A stretch of 64,000 nt of DNA from Syntrophales bacterium (GCA_963662405.2 CAXXKT010000001.1:2112001-2176000); one strand, 5' to 3'; shown: positions 1-9,022, numbered from the stretch's first letter. Notes: generated by a model from the letters alone, not told the origin. Numbers and translations are program-made.

Positions 1-892
1 GCGGAGACGTCCCTGATCTGTTCCAGGGTCTCAGCGATCTCGTGGTCATCGATATGAGCCGGGCGCAGGAAGAATTTGATCATCTGGAAGTGGGCGTCGT
101 CGAGGACCGCCTGGAGGGGGCAGAAGACGGAATTGCAGTCGAGGAGCCCATAGGCACAGTGGAGATACTGGGGGCCACTCAACGTCACCAGGATGTTCGA
201 GAAAAGCCGTTCGATGGATGATTGCTGGCCGGGGACCTTCGGGTCGCAGACCCCCGAAGTGGAGTAGTTGGGAATTTTGTAGAAACGGGCAAGCTGGACG
301 CAGTCGATGTTGAACTGACTCGTTTCCACCGCTCCGTATGAATCCGCCAGGGAGTCCATCCGGGTCATGACGGGGACGCTCCCGTACATGATCGGTGTTC
401 CCCGCCTGACGAGCTGGCCGAGGGTGATCCCCGCGAGTACCTCCGCGTTGATCTGCGCGATGATCCCCGCTTCTTTAACGGGGGCCGTGGTCCCCGCCTG
501 CGGTGACGAGGAGACGACGACCGGCAGACCCTTCCGGCAGATCTCGATGAATGACTGCGTCGTGTCAGCGACGAACTGAAGGGGGCTTTTGACCAGACAG
601 GTGATAAAGGAGAGGAGGGGATTTTTCCTCAGTCGGCCGGGACCGCCCGCTATAATCGTTGCCATTCGGAGGACATTTTCGAGCTGACCGATGTTGGTCA
701 GTCCGATCATGACGTGCTTCGTCGTGTTGTCGAGGGAGGCGAAGACCTTGTTGACATCTTTGTTCTCCTCCGTGATGTCCGGGTCCTGTATATTGACGTT
801 TCTGATAAAGGCGTCGAGTGTCTCAAGGTGCTCGCAGAGGTGCGCCGCCCGGCAGAGATCCTCAATAGTCCCCCGGCGCGGCGTAAAGGAGG
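1..892 (-). pseudogene. MttB (trimethylamine methyltransferase) family protein, 3' part; interrupted by IS and truncated by window edge
   Basis: Manual minus-strand translation is open throughout: SFTPRRGTIEDLCRAAHLCEHLETLD...SPQAGTTAPVKEAG...YGAVETSQFN...ARFYKIPNYSTSGVCDPK; similar to the MttB at 3538-4983; not in ORF track. Confidence 0.88.
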
Positions 893-914
893 AATGATAA
901 AAAGTCTTCATGAG

Positions 915-1095
915 CTGTGAATTGGGATACACTGTTTGAAACTTTATAGTTTTGGGCAGCAAGGCTACTGTTCGACATGTTTACTGGTCTTCGAGACCGC
1001 AAAGGAGAATGAAGAGCTGTAGCCGCAACATTCAATGATCTTCGAGATCGAATAGGAGATTGGGACCAATTCACCTGACAGGCGCTGTCCAAGAT
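915..1095 (+). ncRNA. Predicted bridge/seek RNA in the IS upstream non-coding region
   Basis: Stems 952-960/1084-1092 and 963-968/1019-1024; two repeated modules GGTCT-TCG-AGACC-GCAAAGGAG (986-1007) and GATCT-TCG-AGATC-GAATAGGAG (1037-1058) matching target and donor; RNA ends approximate. Confidence 0.75.
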
Positions 1096-1110
1096 GTGAG
1101 GAGGCGTTCT

Positions 1111-2223
1111 ATGAAGATGAGTATCGGGGTTGACCTTCACAAGACGCAGTTTACCGTTTGTTGTTTGAGTGAAGATCGGAGTGTTCAGGAGTCGGGCATC
1201 TACCCGACGACTGATCGAGGTTACCGGGCATTTATCATGAAGGTGTCCAACTGGAATGAGGGCGGTTACGAGGTCACGGCAGCGGTGGAATCAACAGGGA
1301 ACACCCGACACTTTCGCAACCGGTTTTTGAAGGCGGGGATTGAGGTCAAGATAGTGAACACCTTGAAATTCAAGGTTGTAAATGAGTCAGTAAAAAAGAC
1401 TGACAAGCATGATTCCCGCACATTGGCTGAGTTTCTTGAGAAAGATATGCTTCCCGAGTCCATTCTTTGTTCGCAGGAAAGCGAGGACATTCGAAGGCTT
1501 CTCAAGTCACGTTCTGTTCTGGTGAAAGCTTTGGTATCCTTGAAAAACCAGATACACGGTTTATTGCTTGGATATGGGATAGAGAGTCGGCGGGGACAGC
1601 TGCAGAGCAAAAAAGAAAGGCAGCGAATCCTTGACGGTCTCGCGGACCATAGGAGTTACGGAAACGCTGCCCGAGCGGTAAAACCGCTTCTTGGTACAAT
1701 AGACCAAATTGCATCCGAGGTCAAAGGACTTGAGCGCGTATTATCTGATCTTGTTTCTGAAGACGAGGATGTTGCTCTGTTGCAAACGATTCCTGGCGTT
1801 GGAATAATAACAGCAGCGACGATTCGGGCTTATACCGATGACATCAACCGATATGAGAGCGCCAAGCAGTATGCTGCTCATGCCGGTTTGGTACCATGGG
1901 TTCAAAACTCCAACAAGACCATTCGCCATGGTCATATTACCAAGCGAGGCCCCGTGGAACTGAGGACGGCTTTTGTGCAAATGGTAATGGGGATGCTACG
2001 GCTTCGGAATAAAACCGATGGATATTGGCTTATGTACAAATACAAAGCCATGAAAGAGAACAAGGGAACCGGGAAGAGCGTAATAGCGACGGCGCGAAAG
2101 ATGAGCACTATTGTATATGCCATCTTGAAGAAGGGGGAGCCGTTTGATCCATCGAAAATGCTGCCAGACCCGAAATATGTAGAGATGAGTAAGGTTGCGA
2201 GGTGTTATGCTTTGGCCGTTTAA
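1111..2223 (+). CDS. IS110-family DEDD recombinase/transposase
   Basis: GVDLHK, AVESTG, KKTDKHD (DEDD residues); IPGVG; PWVQNS; GHITKRG; RBS AGGAGG at 1099-1104 favours ATG 1111. Confidence 0.96.
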   Translation: MKMSIGVDLHKTQFTVCCLSEDRSVQESGIYPTTDRGYRAFIMKVSNWNEGGYEVTAAVESTGNTRHFRNRFLKAGIEVKIVNTLKFKVVNESVKKTDKHDSRTLAEFLEKDMLPESILCSQESEDIRRLLKSRSVLVKALVSLKNQIHGLLLGYGIESRRGQLQSKKERQRILDGLADHRSYGNAARAVKPLLGTIDQIASEVKGLERVLSDLVSEDEDVALLQTIPGVGIITAATIRAYTDDINRYESAKQYAAHAGLVPWVQNSNKTIRHGHITKRGPVELRTAFVQMVMGMLRLRNKTDGYWLMYKYKAMKENKGTGKSVIATARKMSTIVYAILKKGEPFDPSKMLPDPKYVEMSKVARCYALAV

Positions 2224-2273
2224 ATTTTAACCATGGGCCTGTTTGACAGGCTCTCCATGAATTGACTTTTTAT

Positions 2274-2691
2274 AGGAGGGAACTATGATCTCCGTTGCGG
2301 GGTCCGATTTCTTCGTATAGGTCTCAACGTCGACATCAAGCCAGGTATTGGTCTCGGAACCGGAGACGAAGTAGACCCGCGGCTCGTCGCCGTGCATGAC
2401 GAGGGTATTCGCGGGGTCCCGGGCGCCGAGGGTAATCGAAGAAGGGGTACTGTCCAGGGCGTCGAGGACGACCCGTTCCGGGATCCTGACGATCCGATGG
2501 GGGGGCGCGGCGGCATCGGTGGCCGAGGAAACATAGGCGCCGCCGTCGGCGAATATGGCCGCGGCCTCCTCGTTGAAACAGATGAGCCCCGGGTTTTTGA
2601 GCATTTCCAGCGATGCCCGGTGGATCTTCCCGATCTGATCTTCTGTCAGGCGTTCAAGGGGATTATCTATGAGCAGGCCTTCTCTGTGCAT
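2274..2691 (-). pseudogene. MttB family protein, 5' part (interrupted by IS)
   Basis: LERLTEDQIGKIHRASLEML...VRIPERVVLDALDSTPSSITLGARDP is an MttB N-terminus; ORF runs into the IS right end. Confidence 0.88.
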
Positions 2692-2718
2692 GAATGTCTT
2701 TTCTCCTCTTCATGATGA

Positions 2719-3528
2719 TTATTCTTCCAACAGACCCTTACGGTAGGCCCGTGTGTATTTCCGGCAGAGGGAATCTCTGCCGGTCAGCATATCGGCCGCC
2801 CGCACCAGCCCCATCATCCGGGTGTCGAGGGGATTGAGGATGGCCGCATCGAGCCCGGCCGCGGCCGCCATGAGCATGAAGGAGCGGTTGACGATTCCCC
2901 GCCCCGGCAGACCGTAGGAGATGTTGCTGAGTCCCATAACGGTCTTGGCCTCGGGATAACGCTCCTTGAGGGCTTCGATCGTCTTCAGTGTGATGAGCCC
3001 CCGGGTGGTGTCGACGGAGATAGGGAGGACGAGGGGATCGAAATAGACCCGCTGTGGGGGGACTCCCGCCCCGCCGAGATGGTCCATGATGATGTCGGCC
3101 GCCTCGATCCGCTCCTCGACGTTCCGGGGAACCCCGGCACCCTTCATCACCAGGGCGATAATGCGAGCGCCTGCTTCGGCCACGATCTTCCCGATCGGGC
3201 CGAGGCGGTCCGCCTCGGCGGTGACCGAGTTGATCATCGCCTCTTCGCCGCGGTACGCGGTAAGGGCCGCCTCCAGGACGGCCGGATCGTCACTATCGAT
3301 ACAGAGGGGCTTGTCCGTTGCCTCCTGCACGACCTCCATGAGCCACCGCATGATCTCGACAGGGGTGCTCCCCGCGCCCCGGCCATCACCGGCGTTCACA
3401 TCGATATAATCAGCTCCGGCCGCCGCCTGATCGCAGGCAAGGGATACCAGTGATTCCCGGTCCTGTGCGGCAATGGCCTTTCCCGTCGACGGGATGGACG
3501 CGTTGATCTTCTCTCCGATTATCAGCAT
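2719..3528 (-). CDS. Pterin-binding methyltetrahydrofolate:corrinoid methyltransferase (AcsE/MtgA-like)
   Basis: MLIIGEKIN, YIDVNAG, PLCIDS, INSVT, YFDPLVLP, GLSNISYGLP, GLDAAILNP motifs. Confidence 0.92.
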   Translation of the reverse strand: MLIIGEKINASIPSTGKAIAAQDRESLVSLACDQAAAGADYIDVNAGDGRGAGSTPVEIMRWLMEVVQEATDKPLCIDSDDPAVLEAALTAYRGEEAMINSVTAEADRLGPIGKIVAEAGARIIALVMKGAGVPRNVEERIEAADIIMDHLGGAGVPPQRVYFDPLVLPISVDTTRGLITLKTIEALKERYPEAKTVMGLSNISYGLPGRGIVNRSFMLMAAAAGLDAAILNPLDTRMMGLVRAADMLTGRDSLCRKYTRAYRKGLLEE

Positions 3529-3537
3529 AGGGATCTC

Positions 3538-4983
3538 CTATATCTCCCGCAACCCCGGTATGGACGAAAGCATCCGCCGGTACACCTCATCGGGGATGAA
3601 GTTTTGGGGAGGCGCCCCCAGCACCTCCCGGACTTGCCCGGCCGCCCGGTCCCTGATTTCCCGGGAGCCGGCCTTTTCCCACGAAACGCGATCGTCCCGG
3701 TCACTCAAGCCGGGAACGAATTGTTGCGTGCGCATGTACTTGCGGGTATGGGCCTGGGCCAGGTAATGGCCGCCGGGGCCGACCTTCCTGATGGTGTCGA
3801 AGCCAAGGGTCTCGTCGCTGACCTCGATCCCCTCGACGGCGCGCATCACCATCCCGATGATCTCGTTGTCGATGACCAGCTTGTCATAGGAGGCGGTCAT
3901 GCAGAACTCGATGAATCCCGCCGCGTCGTGGATAAAATTCCCCCCCGCCAGGGCGACCATCAGATTGGTCAGGGCCGATTCGTACCCCGCCTGCGCATCG
4001 GGTATCTTCGCATCGGTCATCCCGGCTGTCGCGTAGTAGGGGAGTCTGTAGTATTGAGCCATCTGGGCCGCCGCCGCGTTGAGGAGGCCCATCTCGACGG
4101 CACCGCAGATGTATTTCATGCTGTGGAGATCGGCGATGGAGGCGACGCTGCCGTACAGGGTAGGGGTGCCCGGGTTGGCCATCTGGGCGAGCATGACCCC
4201 GGCCAGCGTGTCCACGTTCTGGATCACCAGTGTCCCGGCGAGGGTGACCGGCGCGGTTGTCCCCGACAGCGGCTCCGCGGGGACGACGACGGGAATTCCC
4301 TGCCGGGCGACCTCGATGGTCAGACCGGAATAGTGTTCGTCCAGCCTCAGGGGGCTGACGACGCAGGTGACCATGGAGATGATGGGGCGTTCCCGCAGTC
4401 GCTCCGGACCACCGGAAATCATCTCGGCTATCTGGATGACGTTGCGGATACCGTCGACCGTGTAGACGCCCCCCATGATGTGCTTGCGCGTATACCTCAA
4501 CGCGGCCCCGAACCGGTTGACATCCACCTCGCCGGCATCAAGTTCGTTGGGATAGACATTCAGCATATAGAAGTGGATATTTTCAAGCGATTCGACGAGA
4601 CGTGCCATCTGCACTATATCCGCCAGCGTAGCTCGCCGTGAATCGGTGGACCCGCTCTCCTGGACGTTCAGGGCCGTTCCCCCGGTCCCCATGTACACCC
4701 GCCGCCCCCCGATCTCGCAGTCGAGTTCGCCTTTATCCCCCCGTCCGCAGAGGGTCACTACCGGCGGCGCCTGGGCGATCAGTTCCTCAACCCGTTTCGC
4801 GGGGATCCGGACGATACCGTGTTCATCATCGATTGCGGCACCGGCCCGGCGGAAGAGCCCGCGCGCCTCGGGGAGGCGGGCCTCGATCCCCACCTCTTCA
4901 AATACCCGGAGAGTGGTCTCGTGGATTTTTTCGATATCTGGTTCCCCGAGAGGCCGGTAGGCCCCTCCTTCCGGTCCTTTCAT
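3538..4983 (-). CDS. Non-pyrrolysine MttB-family methyltransferase
   Basis: IHETTLRVFEEVG, GTTAPVTLAG, GAVEMGLLNAAAAQMAQYYRLP, DAQAGYE, VGPGGHYL; ATG 4983 overlaps the metF stop (ATGA). Confidence 0.92.
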   Translation of the reverse strand: MKGPEGGAYRPLGEPDIEKIHETTLRVFEEVGIEARLPEARGLFRRAGAAIDDEHGIVRIPAKRVEELIAQAPPVVTLCGRGDKGELDCEIGGRRVYMGTGGTALNVQESGSTDSRRATLADIVQMARLVESLENIHFYMLNVYPNELDAGEVDVNRFGAALRYTRKHIMGGVYTVDGIRNVIQIAEMISGGPERLRERPIISMVTCVVSPLRLDEHYSGLTIEVARQGIPVVVPAEPLSGTTAPVTLAGTLVIQNVDTLAGVMLAQMANPGTPTLYGSVASIADLHSMKYICGAVEMGLLNAAAAQMAQYYRLPYYATAGMTDAKIPDAQAGYESALTNLMVALAGGNFIHDAAGFIEFCMTASYDKLVIDNEIIGMVMRAVEGIEVSDETLGFDTIRKVGPGGHYLAQAHTRKYMRTQQFVPGLSDRDDRVSWEKAGSREIRDRAAGQVREVLGAPPQNFIPDEVYRRMLSSIPGLREI

Positions 4984-5861
4984 GCGTCGTATCCTCGTTC
5001 CAAAGGAAGGGCGCGGACGATCCGTTCCACATGACGGCACCGGTTCATACTGTAAAAGTGGATTCCCGGGACGCCGTTTCTGAGGAGATCCTCGCTCTGC
5101 GCGGTCGCGTATTCGATGCCGTACTGTTCAACGAGATCGTCTCTGTCCTCTGCGTCACGGATCTTCCGTTCCAGTGATACGGGGAGACGAGCCCCGCAGA
5201 GTGACGCGATCTTCTGTATCTGCCGGTAACTGAAGAAAGGGAATATTCCCGGAATAATCGGAATGTCGATCCCGGCCTTTGTCGCGTAATCCCGGAACCG
5301 GTAAAAATCCGCGTTGTTATAAAAAAGCTGTGTAATGACAAAATCAGCCCCGGCATCGATCTTTTTCTTGAGATGGTCGATGTCCGCCGCCAGAGAAGGT
5401 GCCTCGATGTGACCCTCGGGATACCCGGCTACCCCGATGCAGAAGTGGTTGTCCCGCTGGATAAAGGTGACCAACTCATGGGCGAAACCGAATCCACCTT
5501 CAGACTTGACATAGGAATCCTGCCCCGCCGGCGGATCTCCCCTGAGGGCCAGAATATTCTTGATGTTCGATCTTTTTAATTCATCGAGAACCGACGCGAT
5601 ATCATCCTTCGATGCCTCCACGCAGGTCAGGTGTGCCAGGACCTCAGCCGTGCCGGTTCCTTTCAGGGCCGAGGCTATCTCGACGGACATGTCATGGGTG
5701 CTGCCGCCGGCGCCGTACGTGACGGAAATAAAGTCGGGATTGAGCCGTGCCAGTCTGTCGATGACGGGGAAAAGGCGATCCGCCGTACCGTCCCTGACAG
5801 GTGGGAAGACCTCGAAGGAGAGAGAAAAGTCGTTGTTTTGTAGGATATCTTTAATCTTCAT
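4980..5861 (-). CDS. metF: 5,10-methylenetetrahydrofolate reductase
   Basis: SFEVFPP, SVTYGAGGS, AHLTC, ALRGDPP, AGYPEGH, GADFVITQLF. Confidence 0.95.
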   Translation of the reverse strand: MKIKDILQNNDFSLSFEVFPPVRDGTADRLFPVIDRLARLNPDFISVTYGAGGSTHDMSVEIASALKGTGTAEVLAHLTCVEASKDDIASVLDELKRSNIKNILALRGDPPAGQDSYVKSEGGFGFAHELVTFIQRDNHFCIGVAGYPEGHIEAPSLAADIDHLKKKIDAGADFVITQLFYNNADFYRFRDYATKAGIDIPIIPGIFPFFSYRQIQKIASLCGARLPVSLERKIRDAEDRDDLVEQYGIEYATAQSEDLLRNGVPGIHFYSMNRCRHVERIVRALPLERGYDA

Positions 5862-5917
5862 AAGCCTCTGCCAGGAATAAAACACTTCTCGGACGTCGAA
5901 CCGTATGAAGAAACAAC

Positions 5918-5941
5918 ACGTCAGTCCCTACGTCAGTCCCT
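5918..5941. repeat. 12-bp perfect tandem duplication ACGTCAGTCCCT x2
   Basis: Read directly; spans the stop codon of the 5933-6616 gene. Confidence 0.85.
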
Positions 5942-6616
5942 TCTCGCCGGGCAATCAGGCCGGCGACAATGGGAGCAGGGGTTATAGGAAGAATTGTGGG
6001 CGTCGGCGCCGACGCCGAATACGCCTGAGATCGATTTTCGGGGTGTCATGAGAAGGGACGATGTCAGGGTAACGCCGATCCTGCCGGCGTCTATGAGGGG
6101 AAAGAGTTTTCTCTGCTCGGTGATCGGCCAGTCACAGTAGCCGGGGCTGAAACGAAGGGTCACCCCTTTCCCCGTCATATGAGCCTTTTCCCTCATCATG
6201 TCCTGGAACGTCTCGACCACCTCTTCGATCATGATTGAGCCGATCGTATCGAGGGTGTATCCATCGGTAAGGCGGTACTGCTGTGGAAGCCTCTGTACGG
6301 CGTTCTCGATTCCGGGGCCGATCGTAGCAATAAAGCAGAGGAGACGGGAACATCCGCGGACGGTCCTTGTCAGCCGTGGGCTCTCGAGGATCGTCCCATC
6401 GGAAAGCATGACCCGTCCGCCCTCTGTGGATGCAATTTCCTTGACCGTGTAACTCAGACGCGGGTTGATCCACCTCCGGAGCATCTGTCCGAGGTTTCCG
6501 CCTTCTTTTTCGAGGGACCGCCGGAGACGGCGTCCATGTCGTTGATGCAAGATGCTCGCCAATACCCCCTCGTCAGGGGAAGGGATATATGCGCCTATCC
6601 CGGAGATAGACCCCAT
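5933..6616 (-). CDS. Stand-alone methionine synthase (MetH) reactivation-domain protein
   Basis: FIATIG, RFSPGYCDWP, LMTPRKSISGVFG, C-terminal CSHCRRPDC. Confidence 0.85.
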   Translation of the reverse strand: MGSISGIGAYIPSPDEGVLASILHQRHGRRLRRSLEKEGGNLGQMLRRWINPRLSYTVKEIASTEGGRVMLSDGTILESPRLTRTVRGCSRLLCFIATIGPGIENAVQRLPQQYRLTDGYTLDTIGSIMIEEVVETFQDMMREKAHMTGKGVTLRFSPGYCDWPITEQRKLFPLIDAGRIGVTLTSSLLMTPRKSISGVFGVGADAHNSSYNPCSHCRRPDCPARRD

Positions 6617-6693
6617 AAAACACCCCCGCTCGACCGGTGGGTCGTGAAATACAAGATTGGATATTTATAGTTGAAATGATTCCTACAGGAACG

Positions 6694-6722
6694 AACCTAC
6701 CGTAAAATATGTCGGCTGTCAA
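6694..6722 (-). promoter_or_regulatory. Putative sigma70 promoter of the methyl-transfer operon
   Basis: TTGACA-17bp-TAGGTT on minus strand, followed by palindrome TTCCTgtAGGAA (possible MarR operator). Confidence 0.45.
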
Positions 6723-6832
6723 CCCATTTTCCGCTTCAGGTATCCCCCTGCGAGAGGATCGCGTGAAAGGGGATAAATGATATTTCCAGTATTCTGATAC
6801 GAAAGGTTTGTGTTTTTAAAAGAGGCGCATGC

Positions 6833-7339
6833 TCAGAGGGGAGCGGGGGAGTCCCCGTTCGAAAGATCAATCTCCAGTTCTTCTGCGTCGAGCATTTCGA
6901 TGAGGAGGCTCAGATTGCGGCGGATCTGTTCTCTCTGTTCCGTGGACCGTCTTCCGAGACCGTCCACGATCTTCTGCTGAATCGGGGGCGGGGCGTTCCG
7001 GGTGAGGCTCTCGCCCGCCTCGGTCAATTCGATCGTGATCACCCGACGGTCGCGGGAATTGCGGACCCTCCGCGCCAGTCCCTTCTGCTCCAGTCTGTCG
7101 ATGACACCCGTCACCGTACTGGATTTAACCATGATGTGCTTGGCTATCTGTGATGGGGGAAGGGGGCCGTTTTCCGAGAGGGCGATCAGGCAGTTGAGCT
7201 GCGGCGCGCTGACATTGTACTTTTTGTTGAGTTCCTTGGTGTAGAGATACCCCGCCTGCATCAGGCGCCTGATCAGATAAATGATATCCCTGATGCTGTC
7301 ATGAGGGGGTGTTATCCCGGTTGTTGACTGCTTATCCAT
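6833..7339 (-). CDS. MarR-family regulator (EctR/CosR-like)
   Basis: IRRLMQA...SAPQLNCL...SSTVTGVIDRLEQKGL...RDRRV...LTEAG. Confidence 0.9.
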   Translation of the reverse strand: MDKQSTTGITPPHDSIRDIIYLIRRLMQAGYLYTKELNKKYNVSAPQLNCLIALSENGPLPPSQIAKHIMVKSSTVTGVIDRLEQKGLARRVRNSRDRRVITIELTEAGESLTRNAPPPIQQKIVDGLGRRSTEQREQIRRNLSLLIEMLDAEELEIDLSNGDSPAPL

Positions 7340-7430
7340 TATTTCCGTCCATCCTGCAGAAAGCAGCAAGTCATTTTAGGAAACCGCTTTTATCACGGCC
7401 TTTTTGAAAGGGCAACCGCTTTTTGTTTCT

Positions 7431-8504
7431 TTATCCTTTCTGTCGGCAGGAAACGCCTCTGTGTCTCAGGAGGTGGTCCGCCAGGGTGATTGCGACCATG
7501 GCCTCGCAGACGGGGATGATGCGGGGGATCACGCAGAGGTCATGTCGTCCCCTTACCCTTATGGTTACGGGTCTACCCTGTACATCGATAGTCTGCTGCC
7601 CTTGCTCGACGGTAGGGATCGGTTTGCAGGCCACCCGGATGACGATCCGGTCGCCGTTGGTAATGCCCCCCAGGATTCCTCCGGCATTGTTCGTCGTGAA
7701 CCCCTCCGGCCTGATGGGATCGTTGCACAGGGAACCGGTCATCCGCGCTGCCTCAAACCCGGCGCCGATCTCCACCCCCTTCACCGTCCCGATACCCATC
7801 AAGGCCTTCGCCAGGTCGGCGTCGATCTTGTCGAATACCGGTTCTCCCAGACCCGCGGGGCACCCCCTGACGAGGATCTCCACGATCCCGCCGAGGGAAT
7901 CGCCCGTCGCCCGCGCCTCTTCGATTCGGGTCTCCATCCGCCGGGCCGCTTCGTCATCGGGGCAGAGAAGTGGGCTTTGAACAATGCGGTCTGTTGGTGT
8001 GCCCTGAGCCTGGATGCCCCCCAATTCTCTGGTAAAGGCGACGATGGCGATTCCCTCCCGGTCCAGGATTTTCCGGGCAATGGCCCCCGCTGCAACGCGC
8101 GCCGCCGTCTCGCGGCCGGAGGCGCGGCCGCCCCCCCGGTAATCACGAATGCCGTATTTCTTCTGGTAGGTGATATCGGCGTGTCCCGGCCTGAAGAGGT
8201 CACGGATCTCGTCGTAGTCACTGCTGGCGGAGTCTTTATTCTTTATAACCAATGAGATGGGTGTCCCCGTCGTTTGTCCCTTGAAGGTCCCGGAGAGGAC
8301 CTCCACCCGGTCTGTTTCGCGACGTGGCGATTGTCCCCCTCCGCCACCCGGTCTCCTCCGGTCCAGTTCCACCTGTATGTCCTCTTTGGTGATAGGGATG
8401 TGTGGTGGACAGCCGTCAACGACCGCGCCGATAGCGGTGCCGTGGGATTCTCCCCAGGTCGTTACCCTGAAGACCGTTCCAATGGTATTTCCCGACATAT
8501 TCAC
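7431..8504 (-). CDS. aroC: Chorismate synthase
   Basis: TTWGESHG, RPGHAD, GGGRASGRET, NNAGGILGG, GRHD; start may be ATG 8498. Confidence 0.97.
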   Translation of the reverse strand: MNMSGNTIGTVFRVTTWGESHGTAIGAVVDGCPPHIPITKEDIQVELDRRRPGGGGGQSPRRETDRVEVLSGTFKGQTTGTPISLVIKNKDSASSDYDEIRDLFRPGHADITYQKKYGIRDYRGGGRASGRETAARVAAGAIARKILDREGIAIVAFTRELGGIQAQGTPTDRIVQSPLLCPDDEAARRMETRIEEARATGDSLGGIVEILVRGCPAGLGEPVFDKIDADLAKALMGIGTVKGVEIGAGFEAARMTGSLCNDPIRPEGFTTNNAGGILGGITNGDRIVIRVACKPIPTVEQGQQTIDVQGRPVTIRVRGRHDLCVIPRIIPVCEAMVAITLADHLLRHRGVSCRQKG

Positions 8505-9022
8505 TCCTTGCTCAAAAAAAGACAGATTTCATCGGTAATTTCGTTAATCCCCTTGTTCGAGGTATCGATGGTCAGGGCGGCCAGTTCGCGGTAGACGGGC
8601 TCTCTTTCCTGTGTCATCTCAATCACTTCCGCTTTGATGTCGTTTCCTGACAGGGAGGGGCGCTGGTCGGTGTTCTTCAGATCGGAACGCATTCGCTCCA
8701 CGATTGTCTCAACGTCGGCGGTGAGCCGGATGAAAAGGCCGTTTTTCCGCAGTGCCGCTCGGTTCCGAGGATCTTCGAGTGCCCCCCCGCCCGGCGCGAT
8801 GATGGTTCTCTCCGTAGATACGAGCCCCTCGATCACCTCACGTTCCTTCCGCCGGAAGAGTGGCCACCCCCCCTCCCGGACGATTTCGTCGATCGACATG
8901 CCCGCATCCAGTATGACCAGTCCGTCGGTGTCGATGAAGGGGAGACCGAACCGCTCCGCCAGTTTCGTGCCGACGGTCGTCTTCCCCGTGCAGCGGTAGC
9001 CGATCAGTATGATATTCTTCAT
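8501..9022 (-). CDS. aroK: Shikimate kinase
   Basis: GYRCTGKTT P-loop, DTD, FRRKE, GGG, RPSL. Confidence 0.94.
   Translation of the reverse strand: MKNIILIGYRCTGKTTVGTKLAERFGLPFIDTDGLVILDAGMSIDEIVREGGWPLFRRKEREVIEGLVSTERTIIAPGGGALEDPRNRAALRKNGLFIRLTADVETIVERMRSDLKNTDQRPSLSGNDIKAEVIEMTQEREPVYRELAALTIDTSNKGINEITDEICLFLSKE

Larger units (their letters stand above)
890..2276 (+). mobile_element. IS110/IS1111-family insertion sequence (~1387 bp)
   Basis: AGGAGG at both junctions (887-892, 2274-2279); subterminal IRs ATAAAAAGTC-TTCATG (897-912) and CATGAA-TT-GACTTTTTAT (2256-2273); removal restores the mttB frame (EIIVPS|FTPRRG). Exact ends ambiguous within the 6-bp overlap. Confidence 0.93.

Noticed and set aside
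887..892. AGGAGG as a classical target-site duplication
   Set aside because: IS110-family enzymes recombine at shared cores, and the donor-loop guide itself contains ATAGGAG, so one copy belongs to the element.
862..1140. 92-aa minus-strand ORF over the IS left end
   Set aside because: No recognisable motif; crosses the IS boundary; the region is better explained as structured RNA.
1..4983. Pyrrolysine (amber) codon in the MttB genes
   Set aside because: Both frames are open through the expected region (AGMTDAK, SGVCDPK) with no TAG; the break in the second gene is an IS insertion.
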